This document shows positions 20,876-30,369 of a stretch of DNA of 64,000 nt, piece after piece. The translations under genes and the position numbers were made by a program. Under the pieces are notes generated by a model, which saw nothing but the letters and a program-made list of their open reading frames with translations, was not told the origin of the DNA and ran no database searches. The stretch is from an uncultured Chitinophagales bacterium (lineage in GTDB: Bacteria; Bacteroidota; Bacteroidia; Chitinophagales; UBA8649): positions 4,450 to 68,449 of the forward strand of contig CAWVRT010000007.1 of assembly GCA_963932515.1 (NCBI GenBank), written 5' to 3'. Every line of letters begins with the position of its first letter. Position 1 is the first letter of the stretch.

Positions 20876-21442
20876 ATGACAATTCAAGAAAACATTAAAA
20901 ATAGAAGGACCATAAAACCACTTCATTTTACAGGAGAAAAAGTTAAAGACCAAGACATAAAAGAAATGCTAGCGTCCGCCAATTGGGCACCAACACATAA
21001 ATTGACAGAACCTTGGCGATTTATAGTATTCACAGAAAATGCTAAAACTCAATTTGGAAAAGACCATGCAGAAATGTACAAGATGGTAAAATCTGATTAT
21101 TTTGAACAAAAAAAATATGACAAATTAATGAAAATTGCAGATATGTCAAGTCATGTAATTGCTATTATAATGCAAAGAGATGAAGCAGAAAGAGTTAAAG
21201 AAATAGAAGAAATTGCAGCAGTTGCTTGTGCTGTACAAAATATGATGTTGGTTGCTACGGAAAAAGGCATTGCAAATATTTGGAGCACTGGTGGCTTAAC
21301 TTACCACCCAAACATGAAAGAATATTTAGGGTTTGGGGTAAAAGATAGAATAATGGGGTTTTTGTATGTTGGCATTTCTGAATTAAAACCTAAGTCTAAG
21401 CGATTTATTTCTATTGAAGATAAGACTGTTTGGAAAAAGTAA
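20876..21442 (+). CDS. Nitroreductase family protein
   Basis: 188 aa. RRTIKP near the N-terminus and a WAPTHKLTEPWRF motif. Confidence 0.85.
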   Translation: MTIQENIKNRRTIKPLHFTGEKVKDQDIKEMLASANWAPTHKLTEPWRFIVFTENAKTQFGKDHAEMYKMVKSDYFEQKKYDKLMKIADMSSHVIAIIMQRDEAERVKEIEEIAAVACAVQNMMLVATEKGIANIWSTGGLTYHPNMKEYLGFGVKDRIMGFLYVGISELKPKSKRFISIEDKTVWKK

Positions 21443-21534
21443 AAGCTCTCAGATTTCCTTGAAGTACTTGTTCGTTTAGGAAAATAATCTCTATAATTCC
21501 TTAAATGTTATTCAATAAACAATAATTTCGCAAA

Positions 21535-22146
21535 ATGAAAATATTTTGTATTGGAAGAAATTATGTAGATCATGCTAAAGAGTTGGGAAATGCTGTACCC
21601 AGTGAACCCTTGATTTTCATGAAACCACCAACGGCTTTACTCATTAATAATAAGCCTTTTTATTATCCTGATTTTTCTAATGACATTCATTACGAATGTG
21701 AAATAGTTGTTAAAATAGGGAAGAATGGAAAAAATATACAGCCTCAATTTGCAAAAAACTACATTAAAGAAATTAGTTTAGGAATAGATTATACTGCTAG
21801 GGATTTACAAACTAAACTAAAAGAAAAAGGTCATCCTTGGGAAATAGCTAAAGGGTTTAATGGTTCTGCCGTTATCGGTAATTTTATTCCAAAAGAGCAA
21901 TTTGAAGATGTAAATAATATTCCTTTTCATTTAATAAAAAATGGGATGGAGGTTCAAATGGGAAATACGAAAGACATGCTTTTTAATATTGAAAAAATAA
22001 TTACGCATATTTCTAAATACTTCCTAATACATCAAGGAGATTACATCTATACTGGTACTCCTGCTGGTGTAGGTCCTATTCAAATTGGGGATTTATTGGA
22101 AGGCTATATCCAAGAAGACAAAATATTTCAATGTAGAATAAAATAA
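21535..22146 (+). CDS. Fumarylacetoacetate hydrolase family protein
   Basis: 203 aa. KIFCIGRNYVDHAKE, DYTARDLQ and GTPAGVGP motifs. Confidence 0.88.
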   Translation: MKIFCIGRNYVDHAKELGNAVPSEPLIFMKPPTALLINNKPFYYPDFSNDIHYECEIVVKIGKNGKNIQPQFAKNYIKEISLGIDYTARDLQTKLKEKGHPWEIAKGFNGSAVIGNFIPKEQFEDVNNIPFHLIKNGMEVQMGNTKDMLFNIEKIITHISKYFLIHQGDYIYTGTPAGVGPIQIGDLLEGYIQEDKIFQCRIK

Positions 22147-22205
22147 ACCATTTGTAAACAGAATATAAATTATTCCATTTTAGGTAATTAATTTATCTAA
22201 AACCT

Positions 22206-22213
22206 TACATTTG
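22206..22213 (+). promoter_or_regulatory. Bacteroidota -7 promoter box candidate for metK
   Basis: TACATTTG matches TAnnTTTG and lies 28 nt upstream of the metK ATG. Confidence 0.4.
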
Positions 22214-22240
22214 CTATCCAATAATTAAAATTTAAACGAA

Positions 22241-23515
22241 ATGGCATACTTATTTACTTCAGAATCAGTTTCTGAAGGACACCCAGATAAAGTTTCAGAT
22301 CAAATATCTGATGCATTAATAGATAATTTTTTAGCTTTCGACCCTCAGTCTAAAGTTGCTTGTGAAACGCTTTGTACAACAGGTTTAGTTGTTTTGGCTG
22401 GCGAAGTAAAATCTACGGCATATTTAGATGTTCAAAACATAGCTAGGAATGTAATTAATAAAATTGGTTATACAAAAGGTGAATATATGTTTGACGGAAA
22501 CTCTTGTGGTGTAATGTCTGCTATTCATGAGCAATCTCCAGATATTAACCAAGGTGTTGAAAGAGCTGATAAAGAAAACCAAGGCGCTGGTGACCAAGGA
22601 ATGATGTTTGGTTATGCTACAGATGAAACAGAGAACTATATGCCTTTAGCTTTAGAATTGTCTCACATGATTTTGATTGAGTTGGCTGCTATGCGTAGAG
22701 AAATGACGGATATGACTTATTTACGTCCAGATGCTAAGTCTCAAGTAACTATTGAATATTCTGACGATAATGTTCCTATTAGAATTGATACGATTGTAGT
22801 TTCTACACAACATGATGATTTTGTAAAAGGTGGTACTAAAACTGATGATGATGATAAAATGTTAGCTAGTATAAAAACTGATATTGTTTCTAAATTAATG
22901 CCAAGAGTTATTGCTAAATTAGCTGCAAAAATTCAAGTATTATTTAACGATAACATTACTTACCATATTAATCCTACAGGTACTTTCGTAATTGGAGGCC
23001 CTCACGGAGATACTGGGTTAACTGGTAGAAAAATTATTGTAGATACTTACGGTGGTAAAGGTGCTCATGGTGGTGGCGCTTTCTCTGGAAAAGATCCTTC
23101 AAAGGTTGATAGATCAGGAGCTTATGCAACTAGACATATTGCTAAAAATTTAGTAGCCGCAGGACTTTGTAAAGAAGTACTAGTACAAGTTTCTTATGCT
23201 ATTGGGGTCGCAAAACCTACCAGTATTAATGTTGAAACTTACGGAACATCTTCAATAAAAATGACGGATGGTGAAATTAGTAAAATCGTAGAAGAAGTAT
23301 TTGATATGCGTCCTTACTTTATTGAACAAAGATTTAATTTAAGAACACCTATTTATTCTGAAACAGCTGCTTATGGTCATTTTGGTAGACCTTCAGAAGA
23401 AAAGACGATTACTTTTGCAGATACTAACGGAAAAGAAGTTCACTGTAAAGTAGTTACTTTTCCTTGGGAAAGATTAGACTATGTAAATACAGTTAAAAAA
23501 GCTTTTAATCTTTAA
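22241..23515 (+). CDS. metK: S-adenosylmethionine synthetase
   Basis: 424 aa. [30 protein letters not shown] and GGGAFSGKD motifs. Confidence 0.97.
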   Translation: MAYLFTSESVSEGHPDKVSDQISDALIDNFLAFDPQSKVACETLCTTGLVVLAGEVKSTAYLDVQNIARNVINKIGYTKGEYMFDGNSCGVMSAIHEQSPDINQGVERADKENQGAGDQGMMFGYATDETENYMPLALELSHMILIELAAMRREMTDMTYLRPDAKSQVTIEYSDDNVPIRIDTIVVSTQHDDFVKGGTKTDDDDKMLASIKTDIVSKLMPRVIAKLAAKIQVLFNDNITYHINPTGTFVIGGPHGDTGLTGRKIIVDTYGGKGAHGGGAFSGKDPSKVDRSGAYATRHIAKNLVAAGLCKEVLVQVSYAIGVAKPTSINVETYGTSSIKMTDGEISKIVEEVFDMRPYFIEQRFNLRTPIYSETAAYGHFGRPSEEKTITFADTNGKEVHCKVVTFPWERLDYVNTVKKAFNL

Positions 23516-23536
23516 TTAAAACTTACAATTACAAAT

Positions 23537-23566
23537 AAAAAAGAGGACTGTTAGTCCTCTTTTTTA
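23537..23566. terminator. Bidirectional hairpin terminator between the convergent metK and 23583 genes
   Basis: A 9-bp stem, aagaggact (23541-23549) with agtcctctt (23553-23561), and a 3-nt loop. A-run to the left, T-run to the right. Confidence 0.75.
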
Positions 23567-23582
23567 TTCATTTTGAAATTAT

Positions 23583-24053
23583 CTACCTATGATTTTCTTT
23601 CATTTTTTTAAGAACTTCTTTGCGGAAGTCTTTTTCTGCATGCAATAATTTTCCAACTTTTCTAATTGGTAAAACCGCTCTATATTTAGTTAAATATTCC
23701 ACTTTCAGGTTTAACATTGTTTGTTCTTCCTCAAGTCTTTTATCTATAAAATCTGAGATTTGAGTATCTGTCAATTCATCAAAGTTTGGCTTTTTAGGTC
23801 CTTTATGATCTCCATGTGGTGGAGGTCCGTCTGGCTTACCCATTCCTTTTGAAATAGCTTTTCTTTTTTTGTGAAATTCATTATATACCGGCCAAAAGGC
23901 TTTCGCTTCTGTAGAGGATAAATCTAATTTCGCTGTTATAAATGCGACTTTTAAGGCATCCATTTTTTCTCTTTTACTTTCCTCCTGCGCGTTAGTAAAA
24001 ACTACACCTAATAGCATTAAGACTAACACAATGTTTTTTTTATAATTTTTCAC
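23583..24053 (-). CDS. Periplasmic helical protein (Spy/CpxP-like?), third gene of the ECF module
   Basis: 156 aa with a signal peptide. Charged helical segments flank a Pro/Gly/His-rich linker (GKPDGPPPHGDHKGPKKP). The family call is tentative. Confidence 0.45.
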   Translation of the reverse strand: MKNYKKNIVLVLMLLGVVFTNAQEESKREKMDALKVAFITAKLDLSSTEAKAFWPVYNEFHKKRKAISKGMGKPDGPPPHGDHKGPKKPNFDELTDTQISDFIDKRLEEEQTMLNLKVEYLTKYRAVLPIRKVGKLLHAEKDFRKEVLKKMKENHR

Positions 24054-24071
24054 AATCTCTATATTTTCAAT

Positions 24072-24527
24072 TTAAAATAATGTTTCTTCCAAATTCATTC
24101 CCGATAAATATTCTTCCAATACTTCATCAGAATACGCTGTATTCCTAAAAATTGAATTGTCTGACAATACTGAAACACTAGCGATTTCTTCATCTGAAAA
24201 TTCATCTATATTTTGTTCTAAATAATCTACTAAATCACTGCTAGAAACCTGTGCCCAATCTATGGTTTGTGTATTCTTTGGCAATAAAGGAATAGCTAAG
24301 AAAATAAGTAAAGCTGCGGCAATAGACACTGATAAGAAAAGTTTTCTTATCCTTCCTTTTCTAGTTAAACCAGCTACTTCTTCTTGCTTTATTTTTACTA
24401 AAAAATCACTTGAAAGATTCTCAAAATAAGCTACTGGTATATCTTGATTTTCTTCAAGCTGACTTAAAAGTTTTTCGGCTTTCAATTCTTGAAGTTCTTC
24501 TTTTAGATGTGCTTTATTTATTTTCAT
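24072..24527 (-). CDS. Single-pass membrane protein, putative anti-sigma factor
   Basis: 151 aa with one TM segment (LFLSVSIAAALLIFLAIPLL). Lies 37 nt downstream of an ECF sigma gene. Assigned by position only. Confidence 0.5.
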   Translation of the reverse strand: MKINKAHLKEELQELKAEKLLSQLEENQDIPVAYFENLSSDFLVKIKQEEVAGLTRKGRIRKLFLSVSIAAALLIFLAIPLLPKNTQTIDWAQVSSSDLVDYLEQNIDEFSDEEIASVSVLSDNSIFRNTAYSDEVLEEYLSGMNLEETLF

Positions 24528-24564
24528 GGACTACAATTTTTAGACTACAATTTTTACAAAAAGT

Positions 24565-25113
24565 TTAATCTTGTTTTAAAATTGATTCTATTTTTTTTAC
24601 TGCATGGTGATAACTAGCCTTTAACGAACCTTCTGTTAAGTTCAATTTGATAGCCATATCTTTATACTTTAATCCTTTAAAGTAACGTAATTCAAATACT
24701 AATTTTTGTTGTTTGGGTAAACCAGCAACTGCTTTTAATAATTTATTATACACGGTTTCTGTATCTATTGGCGTATCAGCAACTAAAGATTCAAAAACAA
24801 AATCTTTCGTTTCCTCCTTTAAATTCGCTATATTTCTCTTATTTTTTTTTTTCAAGAAGGTAATACTTTCATTTCTTGCTATTCTAAATAACCAGGTAGC
24901 CAATTTAGATTCTCCTTTAAACCCATCTATATATTTCGACACTTTTACCATTACATTTTGTAACACATCATTAGTATCTTCATGATTTTGGGTTAATTCT
25001 TTTATTTGCCAATACATTTGTTTCTGAAAAGTTTTCATCAACAGATTAAACCCCTTCTCTTTTGTAGATGGCTTACTTAATAAATTAAGTATTTCAGATT
25101 CTTTATGCGGCAT
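24565..25113 (-). CDS. ECF-type RNA polymerase sigma-70 factor
   Basis: 182 aa. Region 2 (LATWLFRIARNESITFLKKK) and region 4 HTH (FELRYFKGLKYKDMAIKLNLTEGSLKASYHHAVKK). Confidence 0.88.
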   Translation of the reverse strand: MPHKESEILNLLSKPSTKEKGFNLLMKTFQKQMYWQIKELTQNHEDTNDVLQNVMVKVSKYIDGFKGESKLATWLFRIARNESITFLKKKNKRNIANLKEETKDFVFESLVADTPIDTETVYNKLLKAVAGLPKQQKLVFELRYFKGLKYKDMAIKLNLTEGSLKASYHHAVKKIESILKQD

Positions 25114-25181
25114 TGTTACGGTTAAGACTGTAAAATAGAGAAAAGGTTTAATAAAAAGTAATTAATAATTAAAAGATAGCT

Positions 25182-27038
25182 TTACTTTAAACTACTTTCT
25201 ACTACATTTTCCGATATAGTTGTAGGCGAGATTTCAAAATCAAACCATTCTTGCAATGCCATATCTAAACCAATTCCATTCAAATAATTATTTAACGCCA
25301 AATTTAAACCGTCTTTATATAAATGGTGATCGGCTCCGGTAGGGTCTTTATGTATTAAATCATTTTGCGCAAAACCTTCAAATTTTGGCCCTAATATTTC
25401 TATACTATAGTCTGATGGGTTTTTACCTATTGGACTATGAACCGTTGTTGTAAACTGATGCCAAAAAGCTGACTGAATACAACCATTTAGAAACAATTGT
25501 CTTACAATTTCTAATGAATCTATTGTTTCTTGCGCTGTTTCAGTTGGAAAACCATACATTAAATAAGCATGAACCATTATATTTTGTTCTGTAAAATCAT
25601 TAGTAACTCTTGCTACTTGAGCAATATCTACGCCTTTTTTCATAAGTCTAAGTAATCGGTCTGAAGCAACTTCTAAACCTCCTGTAACGGCAATACATCC
25701 CGATTTAGCTAGTAATTCACAGAGTTCCTTGTTGAAAGTTTTTTCGAAACGAATATTTGTCCACCAAGTGATGTATACTTTACGACTGATTAGCTCTAGC
25801 GATAAAGCTTTTAATACTTTTGGAGGTGCTGCTTCATCGACAAAATGAAAACCTGTTGTACCGGTTTCTGCTATAATAGATTCTATTTTATCTACTAAAT
25901 CTTTAGCAGTAGTATTTTGGTAAATTTTTATATAATCTAAATTTACATCACAAAAGGTACATTTTTGCCAATAGCAACCATGAGAAATCGTTAATTTATT
26001 CCATCTTCCATCACTCCATAAACGATGCATGGGATTCATAACATCTAAAAAAGATAAATATTCGGTATGCAATAATCCTTTATAACTTGGAGCAGGTAAG
26101 TCTTTATGATGAAAAATAGTATTTGGTTCTTTGTTGATATATTTTACTTTATTATTTTCTAATAAAAAAGTTCTTTCTAGTTCCGATTTTTCTATTTTTC
26201 CATCCAAAAAAGAAATTACTTTTAGTAATGGCACTTCCCCATCGTCTAGTGTTATGAAATCTACATATTTAAATACGCTACCATCAGATAGTGATCTTAA
26301 TTCTGTGTTGCAATAGCCCCCACCAAAAGCGACTTTTATTTTAGGAAATTTATTTTTTATAAACTGAGCACAACGCAAACCTGCAAACAAATTTCCAGGA
26401 AAAGGAACAGTAAAGCAAACTAGGTCAGCATCATTTTCTTTTAGTTTAGTGTTAAATATTTCCAATAGTTTCTCTTCAATAATTGTTGGACTATAAGAAA
26501 GAAATTTATCTATTTCATTAAAACTACTTGCTGAACTGGCAATTTTTTCTGCATACCTAGTAAACGAGAAAAACTCATCTACATTTGTTTGAATAAAGTC
26601 GCCTAGCTCTTCTATAAATAATGTAGCAAAATGTTTTGCTTTATCTAAAACACCTAGATTTCCAAATGCCCAATCTAGTTCATCGTCTATATTTTCAGAT
26701 CTATGTGCTATCGGTAAAAATCCTTTATGCAACATCTGATAAGCTCCTGTAACTTGATGGTTTCTTAAATAAGCAATTACTTTTTCGACTTTATTGATAT
26801 AGTCTTCTCTTTGATCCCAAACGGCTTTACAATTATAAGATTGCTGATCTTCCGCTTCCTGAAAAACTTTAGTAATAAAAGATTTAGTAAAAACAGCATT
26901 AAAAAGCTCTATACTCAAATCAAATTGTTTGGTATCTATATTTTTTGAATCTAAAAAACCTTTTAGATAACAAGTAGCCGGATATGGCGTGTTTAGTTGC
27001 GTAAAAGGCGGTGTTATCAAAAGTACTTTAATTGCCAT
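25182..27038 (-). CDS. B12-binding-domain radical SAM protein (class B-like)
   Basis: 618 aa. The N-terminus KVLLITPPFTQLNTPYPATCYLKGFL is typical of cobalamin-domain rSAM enzymes. The cluster motif reads SHGCYWQKCTFCDV. Confidence 0.8.
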   Translation of the reverse strand: MAIKVLLITPPFTQLNTPYPATCYLKGFLDSKNIDTKQFDLSIELFNAVFTKSFITKVFQEAEDQQSYNCKAVWDQREDYINKVEKVIAYLRNHQVTGAYQMLHKGFLPIAHRSENIDDELDWAFGNLGVLDKAKHFATLFIEELGDFIQTNVDEFFSFTRYAEKIASSASSFNEIDKFLSYSPTIIEEKLLEIFNTKLKENDADLVCFTVPFPGNLFAGLRCAQFIKNKFPKIKVAFGGGYCNTELRSLSDGSVFKYVDFITLDDGEVPLLKVISFLDGKIEKSELERTFLLENNKVKYINKEPNTIFHHKDLPAPSYKGLLHTEYLSFLDVMNPMHRLWSDGRWNKLTISHGCYWQKCTFCDVNLDYIKIYQNTTAKDLVDKIESIIAETGTTGFHFVDEAAPPKVLKALSLELISRKVYITWWTNIRFEKTFNKELCELLAKSGCIAVTGGLEVASDRLLRLMKKGVDIAQVARVTNDFTEQNIMVHAYLMYGFPTETAQETIDSLEIVRQLFLNGCIQSAFWHQFTTTVHSPIGKNPSDYSIEILGPKFEGFAQNDLIHKDPTGADHHLYKDGLNLALNNYLNGIGLDMALQEWFDFEISPTTISENVVESSLK

Positions 27039-27140
27039 TTTGTAAAGGTAATACCATTTTGAATACTGAGTGATAATCTATAACATGATCAAAAAATGTT
27101 AAAGCAAGCAAAATCACAAAATCAATAAAATTGTAGGTGC

Positions 27141-27148
27141 TATCTTTG
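27141..27148 (+). promoter_or_regulatory. -7 promoter box candidate for the thioredoxin gene
   Basis: TATCTTTG matches TAnnTTTG and lies 30 nt upstream of the ATG at 27178. Confidence 0.4.
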
Positions 27149-27177
27149 CCGTATCAATAACAAAAAAACAAAAGATT

Positions 27178-27549
27178 ATGCCAACAGTAATATTAACAGC
27201 TGAAAAATTTATAGAAAAAGTATTTGACTATACAGCAGAAAATCAAGATTGGAAATTTATAGGTGACAAACCTGCCATTATAGATTTTTATGCCGATTGG
27301 TGTGGCCCGTGTAAAGCACTAGCACCGGTTTTAGAAGAACTAAGTAATGAGTTTGCAGACGAGATAATTATTTATACAGTAGATACAGAAGTAGAACAAG
27401 AATTATCTGCTATGTTTAGTATTAGAAGTATTCCTTCTATGCTATTTATTCCTATGGATAAAAAACCAATAATGCAAACAGGGGCATTAGCAAAAAATGT
27501 TTTAGTAGATACAATAAATAAAGAATTGCTTGCAAAACCAAAAGCTTAA
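27178..27549 (+). CDS. Thioredoxin
   Basis: 123 aa with the WCGPC active site. Confidence 0.9.
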   Translation: MPTVILTAEKFIEKVFDYTAENQDWKFIGDKPAIIDFYADWCGPCKALAPVLEELSNEFADEIIIYTVDTEVEQELSAMFSIRSIPSMLFIPMDKKPIMQTGALAKNVLVDTINKELLAKPKA

Positions 27550-27578
27550 AACATAAACTACAAACCAAAATTAAAAAA

Positions 27579-27611
27579 AGGCTTAAGAAATATTTTCTTA
27601 AGCCTTTTTTT
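27579..27611. terminator. Bidirectional hairpin terminator shared by the thioredoxin gene and tRNA-Leu
   Basis: The stem ggcttaagaaa (27580-27590) pairs with ttcttaagcc (27595-27604). It is preceded by an A-run and followed by a T-run. Confidence 0.75.
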
Positions 27612-27612
27612 G

Positions 27613-27696
27613 TACCCAGAACAAGATTCGAACTTGCACGCCATTGCTGGCACAGCCCCCTCAAGGCTGCGTGTCTACCAATTTCACCACCTGGGT
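27613..27696 (-). tRNA. tRNA-Leu (anticodon GAG), type II with long variable arm
   Basis: Hand-folded 84 nt: ACCCAGG-TG-GTG..CAC D arm. Anticodon stem CAGCC/GGCTG with loop TTGAGGG. Variable arm GCCA-GCAA-TGGC. T arm GCAAG-TTCGAAT-CTTGT. Acceptor TCTGGGT plus A. No CCA is encoded. Confidence 0.92.
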
Positions 27697-27747
27697 ATTA
27701 AATTTGGTTAAGTCTCAGCAAAATTAAGTTTAATAATTCTTTTTATT

Positions 27748-27755
27748 TAACTTTG
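27748..27755 (+). promoter_or_regulatory. -7 promoter box candidate for the RidA-family gene
   Basis: TAACTTTG matches TAnnTTTG. It overlaps the track's TTG start at 27753, which argues for the ATG at 27774 as the true start. Confidence 0.4.
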
Positions 27756-27773
27756 CTACATAAATATTCAACT

Positions 27774-28199
27774 ATGTCAAATAAAATCAATGCTACTAAT
27801 GCACCGAAACCAGTTGGCGCATATCCACACGCTCGTAAAGCAGGGGATTTATTATTCTTATCTGGAATAGGACCAAGAACTACTGACGGTGATCATTCTT
27901 CTGTACCGGGTCTTGAACTAGATAAAAATGGAAATTTTAAAGCATTTAATTTTGAGGCACAATGTCATTCGGTTTTTCAGAATGTAAAAGCTGTTTTAGA
28001 AGCTAGTGATGCAAAATGGGAAGACTTGGTAGATGTAACTGTTTTTTTAACAGACATGAAAAGAGATTTTCACACTTACAACAGAATTTATGCTGAATAC
28101 TTTAAAGAAAATCAGCCTTGCAGAACGACTTGTGAAATAAAATCATTACCTACGCCTATTGCTATTGAAGTGAAGTGTATTGCTTATTTGGGGAAATAG
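27774..28199 (+). CDS. RidA/YjgF/L-PSP family protein
   Basis: The N-terminus NAPKPVGAYPHA and the C-terminal pattern are typical of the family. Start moved to the ATG at 27774. Confidence 0.85.
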   Translation: MSNKINATNAPKPVGAYPHARKAGDLLFLSGIGPRTTDGDHSSVPGLELDKNGNFKAFNFEAQCHSVFQNVKAVLEASDAKWEDLVDVTVFLTDMKRDFHTYNRIYAEYFKENQPCRTTCEIKSLPTPIAIEVKCIAYLGK

Positions 28200-28269
28200 A
28201 TTTCTTACGCTTTGCACTAATTTTAAAAGTAGAGTTTAACACCTAATAATAAAATAAAAATTAGAAATC

Positions 28270-30303
28270 TTATTTTAAAGACTCATTTGCTTTCATTCCA
28301 CATTTTAAGAATTCTTCATATTGATCTACATAATCACTTTTTGAAGAGTAGCCAATTGGATTGTTTAATAGTTTACCATCGTTAGATAGTAATACATAAT
28401 AAGGTTGAGATGCTTGATTAAAATTAGCGTATTCCATAAACGCCCATTTATTCCCTACTGTTCTTAATTTTCTGTCTTTTCCGTTATAGAAAACTGTTAT
28501 TTGATCTTCTTTAGGTAAATCAACAGCCTCATCTACATACAAAGAAACCAATACATAATTTTCATCTATTAATTTATAAATTTGGGCTTGATTCCAAATA
28601 GTTTCTTCTACTTTTCTACAGTTTACACAAGCGTGTCCTGTAAAATCTAATAATAATGGTTTATCCACTTTTATAGCATACTCTAAAGCTTTATCATAAT
28701 CATGAAAACAAGCAAAATTCTGCGGACAATGATTCTCATGAATAAAACTATAACCTGCAGGTGGCGCTAAACCACTCAATAAACTTAAAGATTGGAAAGT
28801 TTTAGAATCTTCATTATACATGAATGCCGTAAATAAATAAACTACAAAAGCTGCTGTAATTGTCCCTAAAATGATTCTAGCTTTCGATAATTTTTTAATT
28901 GGACTATCGTGGGGAAACTTAATTTTTCCAAAGAAATATAAAGCTAAGCCTGCAAAGATAATTATCCAAAGACCTATAAATACTTCATATCTTAAAAATC
29001 CCCAGTTTTTAACAAGATCTGCATTTGATAAGAATTTCAATGCTAATGCTATTTCTATAAATCCTAAAACTACTTTTACGGTATTCATCCAACCACCGGA
29101 ACTTGGTAGTGCATTTAAGAATTTTGGGAAAGCAGCAAAAACGGTAAAAGGTAAAGCAAATGCCACACCAAAACCTGCCATGCCTGCTGTTAATTGCCAA
29201 GCACCTGCCCCGCCACTAGAAGCTAACGATCCGATTAGCATACCTAATATTGGTCCTGTGCAAGAAAAAGAAACTATCGCTAAAGTTACAGCCATAAAGA
29301 AAATTCCTAAAATTCCACCAGTACCTTCTGCTTTACTAGATTTATCGGCAAAAGAACTCGGCAATTCAATTTCGTAGAAACCGAAAAATGAAAAAGCAAA
29401 GAAAATAAAGATGGCAAAAAATAAAAGATTTAACCAGACATTTGTAGAAATATTATTCAAAATATTAGGGTCTAAACCATCTAAAATATGGAAGGGAACA
29501 CTTAATAATACATAGACTAAAATAATAAAGAAACCATATAAAAATGCGTTAACTAATCCTTTCTTTCCTTGACTTCCTTTTGTAAAAAAAGAAACTGTCA
29601 AAGGTATCATAGGAAAAACACATGGTGTCATTAAAGCTATCAATCCGCCTCCTAATCCCATTAAGAAAACTATCCAAAAAGATTTTTTTTCTTGTGTTAC
29701 TGTTGCTCTTACTTCTCCACATTGTGAAATAGGATTTTCTAAATCAACATCTTTTAATAATAAGTTTTTAGTTAAATCGTTTATTACTTCTTCTGTCTCA
29801 TTTGAATTGTTGACAGATAACTCATCTCCAATTTTAGTTTTTAATGTTGCTAAATCTATTTCATAATCTACATAAGCAGGTGGTAAACATTTTTCATCAT
29901 CACATGACATGAATTCTAAGTAGCCTTTTAAAACACTTTCTTTTGTAGTGATTTCTATTTCTTTAGTAAAGCTTACTGATTCTTTAAATTTCTTGATGTT
30001 CATTTCAAACATCTTATCATAGCCTTCATAAATATGCTCACTAGTTTCTATTAAAGAACCTGCTATTATTGTTACATTTTCATTTTCATCAAAAGTAAAA
30101 CTTGTTGGTACTGGACCGTCCATGTTTTCTAAATCTTGAGAATAAATACTCCAATTTTTCTCTAAAGTGGCAGAATAAGTTAATAGTACTTTATTTCCTT
30201 CAATTTCAGAAGCTTCTAAAGTCCATTTTACTGGATCTAATACTTGCGCAAATGATATGCTAATAAATGAAAGTAATAATACGAATACTTGAATTTTTTT
30301 CAT
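28270..30303 (-). CDS. DsbD-family thiol:disulfide interchange (protein-disulfide reductase) membrane protein
   Basis: 677 aa with a signal peptide and an N-terminal periplasmic domain. The CcdA-like core carries PCVFPMIPL and SCTGPILG cysteines. The C-terminal thioredoxin-like domain carries GHACVNC. Confidence 0.88.
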   Translation of the reverse strand: MKKIQVFVLLLSFISISFAQVLDPVKWTLEASEIEGNKVLLTYSATLEKNWSIYSQDLENMDGPVPTSFTFDENENVTIIAGSLIETSEHIYEGYDKMFEMNIKKFKESVSFTKEIEITTKESVLKGYLEFMSCDDEKCLPPAYVDYEIDLATLKTKIGDELSVNNSNETEEVINDLTKNLLLKDVDLENPISQCGEVRATVTQEKKSFWIVFLMGLGGGLIALMTPCVFPMIPLTVSFFTKGSQGKKGLVNAFLYGFFIILVYVLLSVPFHILDGLDPNILNNISTNVWLNLLFFAIFIFFAFSFFGFYEIELPSSFADKSSKAEGTGGILGIFFMAVTLAIVSFSCTGPILGMLIGSLASSGGAGAWQLTAGMAGFGVAFALPFTVFAAFPKFLNALPSSGGWMNTVKVVLGFIEIALALKFLSNADLVKNWGFLRYEVFIGLWIIIFAGLALYFFGKIKFPHDSPIKKLSKARIILGTITAAFVVYLFTAFMYNEDSKTFQSLSLLSGLAPPAGYSFIHENHCPQNFACFHDYDKALEYAIKVDKPLLLDFTGHACVNCRKVEETIWNQAQIYKLIDENYVLVSLYVDEAVDLPKEDQITVFYNGKDRKLRTVGNKWAFMEYANFNQASQPYYVLLSNDGKLLNNPIGYSSKSDYVDQYEEFLKCGMKANESLK

Positions 30304-30369
30304 TTTTTTCTGTTTAGTTTACTAAAGACGACAAATTTAAAATTTACTTACAATTTATAATTAGATTGA

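Noticed and set aside
22147-22240. A possible SAM riboswitch upstream of metK
   Set aside because: Only 94 nt of AT-rich sequence are available, with a -7 box 28 nt from the ATG. I could find no helices or conserved SAM-I/II-type cores by eye.
27039-27177. Small ORFs (MIKKC, MLKQAKSQNQ) upstream of the radical SAM gene as possible RiPP precursors
   Set aside because: They are on the opposite strand to the rSAM gene, only 5-10 codons long and without a leader/core-like sequence. They are most likely noise.
25182-27700. A genomic island integrated at the 3' end of tRNA-Leu
   Set aside because: There is no integrase and no direct repeat of the tRNA 3' half that I could find. The adjacent genes (thioredoxin, rSAM, ECF module) show no mobility hallmarks.
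28871-29377. A 168-aa plus-strand ORF, plus a 63-aa minus-strand ORF at 29009-29200
   Set aside because: Both lie entirely within the DsbD-family gene body: the 168-aa ORF antisense to it, the 63-aa ORF on the same strand in another frame. Their composition mirrors the TM-rich gene opposite. They have no start context or motif.
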